DNA of 47,146 bases from an uncultured Victivallales bacterium (GTDB lineage Bacteria > Verrucomicrobiota > Lentisphaeria > Victivallales > GWF2-38-69): assembly GCA_964625675.1 (NCBI GenBank), contig CAZVCD010000002.1, forward strand, positions 1-47,146, written 5' to 3'. The notes under the pieces were generated by a model. The model had not been told where the DNA came from. It saw only the letters and a program-made list of their open reading frames with translations, and did not search any database. The position numbers were made by a program, and so were the translations under genes. How positions within the stretch are numbered: position 1 is the stretch's first letter; each line of letters begins with the position of its first letter. Below, piece by piece: positions 9,904-19,100 of the stretch.

Positions 9904-10091
9904 CTTGAAGAAGATTTGTTTTTGTGAAAGAGTTTTTTGTAATACTCAAACTAACAGGTTATTTTAAAGTTAAACAATACATTTGATTCTTATTAAGTTT
10001 CAAGATAAATCTTGTTTTTGTCTTTTAACTTCTGTTTGAAATCATAATTATGTTGATTATGAAAAAGTTAAAAAGCTAATTCCTGTACACT
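9904..10091 (-). repeat. Family-1 repeat, full unit (10001-10091) plus a degenerate second unit (9904-10000), minus orientation
   Basis: The reverse complement reads AAGTGTACAGGAATTAGCTTTTTAAC...ATAATCAACATAATTATGATTTCAAACAGAAGTTAAAAGACAAAAACAAGATTTATCTTG. The two-unit layout mirrors 17504-17684. Confidence 0.8.
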
Positions 10092-10102
10092 TAAAAAACA
10101 AA

Positions 10103-10154
10103 AGAGACTAAAATCTCGTAAATGAACTAAAAATAAAAAATACCTCCGGTATAA
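10103..10154 (+). repeat. Family-2 element, 3' half copy ending GGTATAAT
   Basis: AGAGACTAAAATCTCGTAAATGAACTAAAAATAAAAAATACCTCCGGTATAA. It ends 46 nt before the purA ATG. Confidence 0.75.
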
Positions 10155-10200
10155 TGCACTTGAATCTTATGAAATTTTAAAAAATAAAAAGGGTGAAAAA

Positions 10201-11475
10201 ATGAGCACTACTGTTCTTGTTGGAATCCAATGGGGTGATGAAGGTAAAGGAAAAATTATAGATGTTCTTACTAAAAATGCGGAAATGGTCATTAGGTTTC
10301 AGGGTGGAAATAATGCAGGACATACTGTAGAGATTGGAGACGAGAAATTTGTAGTTCACCTTGTCCCTTCCGGGATATTCAGACCAAAAGCACAGTGCAT
10401 TATTGGTAATGGTGTTGTTGTCAATCCAATTGTTCTTACTCAGGAAATGGCTGAATTGCAGGAACGCGGAATTTGCTTTGATGACAGGTTCGAAATTAGC
10501 ACACGAAGCCATCTTATTTTTAAATATCACAGTTTAATGGATGGACTAAAAGAACTGCAGCGTAATCCTGGAGAAAAAATCGGTACCACCAAAAGAGGTA
10601 TCGGCCCAACTTATGCAGATAAAGCTTCAAGACGCGGTATTCGCGCGCTGGAAATGCTAGATATAGCCAGGTTTGAAAAACGTTTTAGAGAAGAAGCGGA
10701 ATACTATAATACTTTTTTTAAAAGCCAGGGCTCTGAGTTAGTCGATATTGAATCAGAATGGAAAAAACTCAAAGAAGTTGCAGCAATATTGACACCGTAT
10801 ATTAAAGATACAGTTTTAACAATTAACAGAGCGGCTGATGCAGGCAAAAATATTCTTCTTGAAGGCGCGCAAGGGATGCTGCTTGATGTTGATTATGGAA
10901 CATATCCGTTTGTTACTAGCAGTAATACTACTACTGGTGGAGCTTGTACAGGTTCAGGATTATCTCCTAAACGAATCGACGAAGTATTCGGTGTGATGAA
11001 AGCCTATTGTACAAGAGTTGGAGAAGGTCCGTTTACTTCTGAATTAGATGATAAAGACGGTGAAAAAATTCGTAAGGTTGGTGCCGAGTTTGGAGCTACA
11101 ACCGGTAGACCGCGTCGCTGCGGATGGTTTGATGCTGTTTCTGCAAAATATTCATGTATGGTAAACGGTGTAGATAAACTGGCTATTACAAAACTTGATG
11201 TGCTGGATTCATTTGAAACAATTCATATATGTGTAGCATATGAGGTTGATGGCGTACGTCACGATGATATGCCGTCAGATACTGACGAGATTTCAAGAGC
11301 TATTCCTATATATGAATCAATGCCGGGTTGGAATTCACCTACAACGTCAGCAAATTCATTTGATGAACTGCCTTTAAATGCTCAAAAGTATTTAACACAT
11401 ATAGCAAAACTTGTAAATTCTGATATCGGCATAGTCTCTGTAGGCCCAAATAGAAGCCAAACCTTCTGTGCATAG
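10201..11475 (+). CDS. purA: Adenylosuccinate synthetase
   Basis: QWGDEGKGKIID, GGNNAGHT, TTKRGIGPTY, GTTGRPRRCGW. Confidence 0.95.
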   Translation: MSTTVLVGIQWGDEGKGKIIDVLTKNAEMVIRFQGGNNAGHTVEIGDEKFVVHLVPSGIFRPKAQCIIGNGVVVNPIVLTQEMAELQERGICFDDRFEISTRSHLIFKYHSLMDGLKELQRNPGEKIGTTKRGIGPTYADKASRRGIRALEMLDIARFEKRFREEAEYYNTFFKSQGSELVDIESEWKKLKEVAAILTPYIKDTVLTINRAADAGKNILLEGAQGMLLDVDYGTYPFVTSSNTTTGGACTGSGLSPKRIDEVFGVMKAYCTRVGEGPFTSELDDKDGEKIRKVGAEFGATTGRPRRCGWFDAVSAKYSCMVNGVDKLAITKLDVLDSFETIHICVAYEVDGVRHDDMPSDTDEISRAIPIYESMPGWNSPTTSANSFDELPLNAQKYLTHIAKLVNSDIGIVSVGPNRSQTFCA

Positions 11476-11497
11476 TTGTTTTACTAAAGAAAAGAGC

Positions 11498-12509
11498 ATG
11501 AATAACAAAACCCGTAAGATAACGGGTTTTGTTTTATTTGTACTTTTTATAAGTATTTTTTGCTGGTTATTTTATAATATTCTTTTTTCTAAATCAGATG
11601 TTCAGAATGAATTGCAGGAGCATTCAACTCAGTGGTTAGATGCGGTTATGCGTGGAAATATGACTTCTGCTTTAAAGATGGTAAATATAATTTGCCCTGA
11701 TTTTCCCAACTCTACACCATTAAAACAGGTGATTGAACTATTCGAGAAAAATGGAATTTCGGCAAAATTTATTAATGCAGGATACAATAAATGGGATTTT
11801 ATATATTGGAGAAATTCTCTTTTTTTTTCTGGCCTTGCTAAGTCACTTACGGAGAGTGCAAGAGATAAGGATAATGCCAGTGAACAGCTTATTCTTTTAT
11901 TAAATGCAGTCCACAATCGTGTTAAGCCTGTAAGCATTCCGAAAGACATTATTCCCTGGTCTTATACAGCATGGCATTTAAAAAAAGGTTTATGTGATAG
12001 ACAGACAGGCCTGGCTTTTTTCAGAACTAGCCTATCAACTTGGGTTTGAAACTCAAATAGTATATTTACGTAACCCAAAAACTAAAGTTTCTCCTCATAC
12101 AATATGTGAAATCCGAAAAGACGGAAAAGTGTGGACCGTTGATCCGTTTACTGGAACCATTCTTAAAAATACTTCTGTATCAGATATTTCAGATAGTATA
12201 GAACTTAAAAAGAAAATGTGGCCCAGTAGGCCTGACTGGCAAACTGCAGCCAATGACCCCGTGTTTTATACTCCGTCATACCCTCAGGCATATGCTTCGA
12301 GGAATCAAATATTATATAATAAACTAAAGCCTGTGCTGGGAGATTATTGCCCTCGATTTGGTGAACCCCCGTTAGAAAGGCAAAAAAAATATTTAATTCT
12401 GGTGAAAAATCTAAAAAACAATGACATTTACAACTTTTGGTTTTTCCCTTTTCGTTTACTTCATTTTGAAATGGTTGCTTCAGAAAACACTTCTCCAAAA
12501 TCTAACTGA
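11498..12509 (+). pseudogene. Transglutaminase-like cysteine peptidase-fold membrane-anchored protein, frameshifted
   Basis: Track ORFs 11468..12049 and 11994..12509 together form one gene. N-terminal TM anchor. The core motif KKGLCDRQ|AWLFSELAYQLGFE, then SPHTICEI and VDPF, form a Cys/His/Asp triad. The frame breaks at ACAGACAG (12001-12008). Confidence 0.75.
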
Positions 12510-12734
12510 TCAATATCGTCCACTCATTTTGTCAAAATTACGATAATAGTACTATGCATCAAAGCTGATTAATAAATTTTAAGCTTTATCTATTTGCCTT
12601 TTAAATGTCACAATAATCTAACTATAAAATCCTTACCTAGACTCTTATTTGTGTATGACCAGAAGTCTTCTGAAAAAATAAAATTACTGTGCATTATATA
12701 ACAATATTTGGCATAATTAATGCTTCTAAATCCT

Positions 12735-12811
12735 CATAGGTATGTCAGACTACATGTTGTCTGAATAACCAGGGAATACAAAGAATTCACATAAATATCT
12801 TTTTAAGTATA
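12735..12811 (+). repeat. mgtA-upstream direct repeat, copy 1 (~77 nt)
   Basis: CATAGGTATGTCAGACTACATGTTGTCTGAATAACCAGGGAATACAAAGAATTCACATAAATATCTTTTTAAGTAT aligns with 12904-12981, with roughly three-quarters of positions identical by eye. Confidence 0.65.
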
Positions 12812-12903
12812 TAAAAAATAGTCAAAACCTGTAGTTCGAAAAAGACATTTGTAGAGACGCATCAGGCTTCATAGTATTTCGCCCTGACACAGATCTTGCG
12901 TTT

Positions 12904-12981
12904 CATAGATAATTTAGACTGCATATTGTATAAATAATCACAGAACCCTCAGAATTCATATAAATTTCTTTTTTTGAGTAT
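12904..12981 (+). repeat. mgtA-upstream direct repeat, copy 2 (~77 nt)
   Basis: CATAGATAATTTAGACTGCATATTGTATAAATAATCACAGAACCCTCAGAATTCATATAAATTTCTTTTTTTGAGTAT. Confidence 0.65.
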
Positions 12982-13084
12982 GGGATTTTGTTTTTTAGTG
13001 CACTATAATTTACAAAAACATAGCTATATGTAACCTTATCATTTTATATCTTAATTTATTTATCACCAAAAACGAGATAGCGCA

Positions 13085-15766
13085 TTGAAAAATCAGAAAA
13101 ATACAGATAATCAAATTAAGAAAATACAGAGTCAACTCGAGCGGGATGCTATCGTTAAAGCTGATAAAATATTCCAGAAATATGAAACCGGATGGAATGG
13201 ACTTACAGAAGAAGAAGTTGAAATAAGACAGAACAGTTTTGGTAAAAATATGCTGGAAACACAACGTCCACCAGCATGGTATTATATCTTATGGACATCC
13301 CTTAAAACTCCGTTCAATCTTATATTGATTGTTCTCATGATTGTTTCCTATTTTACCGCAGATATGAGTGCTGTTATTGTTATGGGGCTTATGGTCGCTA
13401 TCAGTACTCTTCTTAGATTTTGGCAGGAAATGCGGGCGCTTATAGAAGCGCAGGCATTAAAAAGCATGGTTCACAACCATGCAACTGTTTCCAGGATAAA
13501 AACTGAGGATGGAAAAAGAATCTTTGGAAAAAATGATATCCCTATGGTTGAGCTTGTGCCCGGCGATATCATACACCTGGCTGCAGGGGACATGATCCCT
13601 GGGGATGTTAGATTAGTTGAAGCAAAAGATCTTTTTATAAGTCAATCAGCATTAACAGGAGAAGCAATTCCTGTTGAAAAACATGAATGTATTAAGAAAA
13701 TTCATAATATTATTGCGAGATCAAAATCGACTAAGAATTCTAAAAAGAAACTAATGATCCTAGACCAGCCGACAATTTGTTTTATGGGAAGCAGTGTTGT
13801 CAGTGGTACAGCTATAGCGGTTGTTTTAAATACAGGAAATAATACTTATTTTGGTTCTATGGCTACTTCTCTGATGGAGAAAAAACCGATAACCTCTTTT
13901 GACCAAGGGGTAAATAAAGTTAGTAGACTGTTAGTTAAATTTATGGTAATAATGGTGCCGGTAGTATTTGCTGTTAATGGTTTTTTAAAAGGGGACTGGA
14001 CCGATGCTTTTCTATTTAGTATTTCTGTTGCAGTTGGTTTAACTCCTGAAATGCTGCCAATGATAGTAAATGCAAACCTTGCCAAAGGTGCGGTTGCCAT
14101 GGCCAAAGAAAAAGCGATAGTCAAACAGTTAACGGCTATTCAGAACTTTGGTGCTATAGATGTGCTTTGTACGGATAAAACCGGAACCTTAACACAGGAC
14201 AAAGTAGTGCTTATAAAGCATTTGAACATTGATGGAGAAAAATCTTCAAGAGTCCTGGAATGTGCTTTTTTAAACAGTCACTTTCAAACGGGGTTAAAAA
14301 ATCTTCTTGACAAAGCAGTGGTTATCAGAGCAACAGAGAAAAAATTAAGTACTGTAGCTGAAAAATATAAATTGATTGATGAAATCCCTTTTGATTTTGT
14401 AAGAAGACGTATGTCTGTTATACTGGAAAACAAAGAAACAAAGAAACGGACATTCTTCTGTAAAGGTGCTGTTGAAGAAATAATGGAGAGCAGTACCATG
14501 CTTGAATGTGCAGATGGTTCGTTAAAGCCTCTGGACAAAGAAAATATTGATAAAATCCATGATTTGAAAGACAGGTTGTCCGAAGATGGACTTCGTATTG
14601 TGGCGGTTGCTTATAAGGAGTTGGATGACTGGCAGGAAGACTTATTCACTGTTAAGGATGAAAAAGATTTAATCTTTGCGGGTTATGCAGCTTTTCTTGA
14701 TCCCCCAAAAGAATCTACAGCCAAAGCATTGAAGTTACTACAGGGTCATGGAATAGCGATAAAGGTTTTAACCGGTGATAATGCTCTTGTTGCCGGAAAA
14801 ATTTGTCGAGATGTAGAATTGCCTGTAGGTAAAGTTTTGACTGGCCCTGAAATAGAAGATCTTACAGAAGACGAACTTTCCAAACTAGTAAATGATACAA
14901 CTATTTTTGCCAAGCTTTCTCCAATGCACAAAGCCCGTATTGTGAAAAACCTTAAAGCTCAGGATCATGTTGTTGGGTTTATGGGAGATGGAATAAACGA
15001 TGCGCTTGCGCTTCGTGAAGCAGATGTTGGAATTTCTGTTGATACAGGAGTGGATCTAGCCAAGGAAGCGGCTGATATTATTCTTTTGGAGAAGAACCTT
15101 TTAGTCCTGGAGAAAGGTGTTATTGAAGGTCGAAGAACATTTGGTAATATTATTAAATATATTAAAATGACTTCAAGCTCAAACTTTGGTAATGTTTTCA
15201 GTATTTTAATAGCCAGTGCATTTCTGCCTTTTTTGCCTATGCTTCCCGTTCAGCTGTTGATACAGAATTTGCTGTATGATATATCTCAAGTTTCAATCCC
15301 CTGGGATACAATGGACAAAGAGTTTCTTGTTAATCCCAGAAAATGGGATGCCGGGACAATAACTAGGTTTATGATTTTTATTGGACCTATAAGCTCAATA
15401 TTTGATGTAATTACCTTTATAGTAATGTGGTACGTATTCAAAGCTAATTGTGAAGCAGCCCAGTCGTTGTTTCATTCCGGTTGGTTTGTTGTAGGTTTAT
15501 TAACTCAGACTTTAATCGTACATATGATACGTACAGAAAAAATACCTTTTATACAAAGCTCTGCAACTTTTCCAGTAATAGCCATGACTATTTTTATCAT
15601 GGTTATAGGTATGTGCATCCCGTTCCTGCCAATTGCTTCCCATATCGGACTTGTTCCGTTGCCGATAGCATATTTTCCATGGCTGATAGGTATATTGTTT
15701 GCATACTGCCTGCTGACTCAATTCTGCAAGAAACTGTATATTAAAAAATTCAAATCCTGGCTATAA
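13085..15766 (+). CDS. mgtA: Mg2+-importing P-type ATPase
   Basis: TGE loop (LTGEAIPVEK), phosphorylation site CTDKTGTLTQ, hinge MGDGINDALALREADVGISV, about 10 TM segments, and MgtA-type length and termini. TTG start as in the track. Confidence 0.88.
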   Translation: MKNQKNTDNQIKKIQSQLERDAIVKADKIFQKYETGWNGLTEEEVEIRQNSFGKNMLETQRPPAWYYILWTSLKTPFNLILIVLMIVSYFTADMSAVIVMGLMVAISTLLRFWQEMRALIEAQALKSMVHNHATVSRIKTEDGKRIFGKNDIPMVELVPGDIIHLAAGDMIPGDVRLVEAKDLFISQSALTGEAIPVEKHECIKKIHNIIARSKSTKNSKKKLMILDQPTICFMGSSVVSGTAIAVVLNTGNNTYFGSMATSLMEKKPITSFDQGVNKVSRLLVKFMVIMVPVVFAVNGFLKGDWTDAFLFSISVAVGLTPEMLPMIVNANLAKGAVAMAKEKAIVKQLTAIQNFGAIDVLCTDKTGTLTQDKVVLIKHLNIDGEKSSRVLECAFLNSHFQTGLKNLLDKAVVIRATEKKLSTVAEKYKLIDEIPFDFVRRRMSVILENKETKKRTFFCKGAVEEIMESSTMLECADGSLKPLDKENIDKIHDLKDRLSEDGLRIVAVAYKELDDWQEDLFTVKDEKDLIFAGYAAFLDPPKESTAKALKLLQGHGIAIKVLTGDNALVAGKICRDVELPVGKVLTGPEIEDLTEDELSKLVNDTTIFAKLSPMHKARIVKNLKAQDHVVGFMGDGINDALALREADVGISVDTGVDLAKEAADIILLEKNLLVLEKGVIEGRRTFGNIIKYIKMTSSSNFGNVFSILIASAFLPFLPMLPVQLLIQNLLYDISQVSIPWDTMDKEFLVNPRKWDAGTITRFMIFIGPISSIFDVITFIVMWYVFKANCEAAQSLFHSGWFVVGLLTQTLIVHMIRTEKIPFIQSSATFPVIAMTIFIMVIGMCIPFLPIASHIGLVPLPIAYFPWLIGILFAYCLLTQFCKKLYIKKFKSWL

Positions 15767-15778
15767 TCAGTGATCAAT

Positions 15779-15810
15779 AATTATTAATTGTTAATCATTA
15801 ATTATTAATT
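15779..15810. repeat. AT-only palindromic block sharing a 19-nt core, identical at 18 positions (TAATTGTTAATCAYTAATT), with 19157-19190
   Basis: Read directly. It fills the 42-nt gap between the convergent stops of mgtA and the 15809..17482 gene and contains TTAATCATTAA. Confidence 0.6.
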
Positions 15811-17482
15811 ACTCTATTATTCCTCCTCCGACAAATTCACGTAGAAGTGATTTGTGGGGAATAGGTGTAATGAAAGCCGAGCTGAAGTTTTTGAGGAAAT
15901 GCTGTAGCCTTCTTGCATCTGCATACTGCGGATGCCAGGGTTTAACTTCTGCCAGTAACGGTTCTGCCAGAGGTTTTAGAACAGCCAGTTCATAGTTTAA
16001 TGCAGAGCTGAACGCTATATCGGCAAGATCCTGATATGGAAAGATCCAACGTTTTTCACCTGCTCTTACATTTGGCCACATCTGCAAAGTTGCCAAAGCG
16101 CGGTTACCCCTTGTACGATGGTCTCTGATTATGCGGCGAATAAGACGGTTATCTGTTGTAGATATTCTATTGTCATCATCTAGATTTAATTGCGTTAATG
16201 CGCTAATATAAACTTTAAATTTGCGTTCTGACGGCAACGATTCTGTCATTCTAGGATTAAGTGAATGTATACCTTCAATTAAAACTATTTCATTTTCTGC
16301 AAGCTGTATTTTTTTTCCAGATCGGAATTGTTTACCTTTTTTAAAGTCAAATACAGGCAATTCAACAGCCTCACCTCTATCAAGAAGTTTAAGATGTTCA
16401 TGTAACAGCTTTAAATCAATAGTTTCAATATGTTCAAAGTCATACATGCCATCTTTGGTTTTTGGAGTTTTTTCACGGTCTACGAAGTAATTATCAACCG
16501 AAATAATAACCGGTTTAATGCCGTTAACCTTAATTTGTGTTGCCAGCCTATGTGCAAAAGTTGTTTTTCCTGATGAAGAAGGGCCTGCAATGAGAACCCA
16601 TTTAACAATGTTTCTCTTCAAAAATATAGCATCGGCTATTTCTGCTATTTTCTTTTCGTGGAAAGCTTCTTCAACTTCCACTAACTCCTGGTAATTTCCT
16701 CTGACAATTATTTCGTTCAAATCGCCAATAGTTTTAACACCTATTGTTCGGCCCCATTCTTTATAGGTTTTAAAAACATTAAAAAGGAGTTTATAATCTT
16801 TGAATTTTGTAATACGTGCCGGATATTCATTCTCAGGAAACTGCAGAACAAAGCCCGTGTCATAAGGGATAAGTTTGAATTCAGCAAGAAGTCTACTGTT
16901 ATCAACCAGTACACCGTGTGCTAGATCTATAAAATCTTCACACTGATAGATTACTACTTTTGGTGGATTTTGAAATCGTAGTAAGTCACATTTGTCTTTT
17001 CTGTTTTTTGATGAAAAATAGGATAAGGCATTTTCAAGATGTAGCTTATGTCGTGTGATTGGTAATTTGTTTTCAATCAAATTCTGCATATAAGAGTTGA
17101 TTTTATCTAACATTTTGCCGATTACAGATTTTGAGGTTATATCGTCAAAAGAACAGTAAAAACCGTTGCCGAGAGAATGTTTAATTTCTAATTTCATGCC
17201 CGGGAAGCATTCATGGGCAGCTTTTGTTAAAAGAAATGAGACGGAATTGCGATAGATACGGTATCCATATGAACTACTCAATGTTAATAGAGAAATTTTG
17301 GAATCAACTTCAAGTGGATATGTTAGTGACACGATTTTATTATTAACAAGTGCACCAAGACTGTTTATTTTTGAGAGAGCATCAAACTTTTTTAAAATAT
17401 TTTTAATTTGAGTTTCAGGGTAGCAGGTTGTTTCTATTCCGTTTTCAAACAAAATTTTGAGTGGTTTTTCTTCGGTATGCAT
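15809..17482 (-). CDS. TGS-domain / uridine-kinase (PRK) family nucleoside kinase-like protein
   Basis: ThrRS-like N-terminal region, then P-loop IAGPSSSGKTTFA and a PRK-type C-terminal half (ISVDNYF, IEGIH, DNRLIRRIIRD). Confidence 0.75.
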   Translation of the reverse strand: MHTEEKPLKILFENGIETTCYPETQIKNILKKFDALSKINSLGALVNNKIVSLTYPLEVDSKISLLTLSSSYGYRIYRNSVSFLLTKAAHECFPGMKLEIKHSLGNGFYCSFDDITSKSVIGKMLDKINSYMQNLIENKLPITRHKLHLENALSYFSSKNRKDKCDLLRFQNPPKVVIYQCEDFIDLAHGVLVDNSRLLAEFKLIPYDTGFVLQFPENEYPARITKFKDYKLLFNVFKTYKEWGRTIGVKTIGDLNEIIVRGNYQELVEVEEAFHEKKIAEIADAIFLKRNIVKWVLIAGPSSSGKTTFAHRLATQIKVNGIKPVIISVDNYFVDREKTPKTKDGMYDFEHIETIDLKLLHEHLKLLDRGEAVELPVFDFKKGKQFRSGKKIQLAENEIVLIEGIHSLNPRMTESLPSERKFKVYISALTQLNLDDDNRISTTDNRLIRRIIRDHRTRGNRALATLQMWPNVRAGEKRWIFPYQDLADIAFSSALNYELAVLKPLAEPLLAEVKPWHPQYADARRLQHFLKNFSSAFITPIPHKSLLREFVGGGIIE

Positions 17483-17503
17483 TTTATATCTTTCCTCTAA
17501 TTC

Positions 17504-17684
17504 AAGTGTACAGGAATTTGCTTTTTAAGTGTATAAGAATTTGCTTTTTAACTTCTTCATAATCAACATAATCATGATTTCAAACAGAAGTAAAAAGACA
17601 AAAACAAGATTTATCTTGACTTCTTCATAACCAATAAAGTTTAACAACATGACAAAACAAAAAGACAAAAACAAGTTTAACTTG
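17504..17684 (+). repeat. Family-1 repeat with internally duplicated head and body
   Basis: The head occurs twice (GTGTACAGGAATTTGCTTTTTAA / GTGTATAAGAATTTGCTTTTTAA). The body occurs twice, ending CAAGATTTATCTTG (17605-17618) and CAAGTTTAACTTG (17672-17684). Confidence 0.85.
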
Positions 17685-17804
17685 AAGAAAAGAATAACTA
17701 CGTAGTATGCTTTTTGTATTGTATTAAATATATATGTAATAAACGAATATACAAAATTTATTTATTTATGCGAGATATAAAATTGTCAATTGCAATTGGC
17801 TATT

Positions 17805-19082
17805 TTATATAGAATATTTTGAATACGTTTTAACATACTTTTTGGGGAGGCGGGCTGTAATATAAGTGGCTTCTTCTTCATATTGGGCTGCTACCACTTT
17901 TCCTAATTTATAGAGAGTTGCTGGGATTTCATAATTGCCGTGCGGCAATTTAAGATGCATTAATTCTGTATCCGTATTTAACTGTTTCAGTAATTTGGCC
18001 TTTAGTAAGTCAATACCTTCTCCCGTTTTTACGGAAATGAATAGGGCGTCCGGCTTTAATGCGCGCAACCTGGCTTTGACAACCGGATTGTCCAGGTTGT
18101 CAACTTTATTGTATACAACGACTGAAGGTTTATCCTGAGCGTTAAGTTCTTTAAGAAGTGATACAGTCGTTTCCCAATGCTGCTCGACGCTCTGATTAGA
18201 AATATCTAAAACGTGGATGATAAAATCAGCAACAAGAGCTTCTTCAAGAGTTGACTTGAAGGCTTCCACAAGATTATGCGGTAGTTTTCGTATTAATCCG
18301 ACTGTATCTGTTAATAGTATTTTTTGTTTTTCCGGCAGAGAAACTAGTCTGGTTGTTGGATCTAAAGTTGCGAAGAGTTTGTCTTCAACAAATACATTAG
18401 CTCCGGATAATAGATTTAAAAGAGACGATTTTCCAGCATTGGTATATCCTACAATTGCGGCAAGAGGTATAGAATTATTCTCTCTTTTTGCTCTTTGAAC
18501 GTTTCTATGCTTAGAGACTTCCTTCAGCTCTTTTTTTAGCTGTGTTATTCTGCTTAGCACAAGTCTTCTATCGACTTCAAGTTGTTTCTCTCCCTCGCCA
18601 CGAGTTCCTTTCATGCCGCCTTGTTGTCTTGAAAGATGAGTCCAGGCTCTTTTAAGTCTCGGGAGTGAATATAGCATTCTTGCCAGGGACACCTGGATAA
18701 CAGCTTCTCGTGTAGTTGCTCTGGCTGCGAATATGTCAAGTATTACTTCTCGACGGTCGATTACACATAAACCGCTCTGTTTTTCCCAGTTACGCTGCTG
18801 AGAAGGGGAGAGCTCAAAGTCAACGATAATACATTCAGCTTTATTTTGTTGAGCCTGTAGAGTTATTTCTTCGGCTTTGCCGGAACCTATATAATAGCGC
18901 GAGTTCATCGAACGGAGGTTTACCATACAGTTTCCAGTTACTGTCAATCCCATTGTGTCTACAAGTTCTCCTAGTTCTGAGAGATGCTCATAGGCTTCGT
19001 CATTGCCTATGGTGGGGGCTTTTATTCCCACGAGAAATGCAGATGTAACTAGTTTTTCATCTCTTGTTTCAGTATCGAACAT
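17805..19082 (-). CDS. hflX: GTPase HflX
   Basis: HflX N-terminal domain. G1 GYTNAGKSSLLN, G3 DTVGLIRKLPHNLVEAF, G4 NKVD. Confidence 0.93.
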   Translation of the reverse strand: MFDTETRDEKLVTSAFLVGIKAPTIGNDEAYEHLSELGELVDTMGLTVTGNCMVNLRSMNSRYYIGSGKAEEITLQAQQNKAECIIVDFELSPSQQRNWEKQSGLCVIDRREVILDIFAARATTREAVIQVSLARMLYSLPRLKRAWTHLSRQQGGMKGTRGEGEKQLEVDRRLVLSRITQLKKELKEVSKHRNVQRAKRENNSIPLAAIVGYTNAGKSSLLNLLSGANVFVEDKLFATLDPTTRLVSLPEKQKILLTDTVGLIRKLPHNLVEAFKSTLEEALVADFIIHVLDISNQSVEQHWETTVSLLKELNAQDKPSVVVYNKVDNLDNPVVKARLRALKPDALFISVKTGEGIDLLKAKLLKQLNTDTELMHLKLPHGNYEIPATLYKLGKVVAAQYEEEATYITARLPKKYVKTYSKYSI

Positions 19083-19100
19083 GTTTTATTCTTAATAGTA

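Noticed and set aside
9853-10154. CRISPR array, given the many short repeats
   Set aside because: The repeats are 50-155 nt long, irregularly spaced, in both orientations and scattered across 47 kb. They have no uniform repeat-spacer periodicity and no cas genes.
11468-11497. GTG start at 11468 overlapping the purA stop
   Set aside because: The in-frame ATG at 11498 (MNNKTRK followed by a TM anchor) is a more conventional start. The extension adds only 10 residues of no recognisable function.
12510-13084. M-box (ykoK) riboswitch upstream of mgtA
   Set aside because: I could not locate the conserved M-box sequence blocks by eye. It is kept only as something for a covariance-model search to confirm or exclude.
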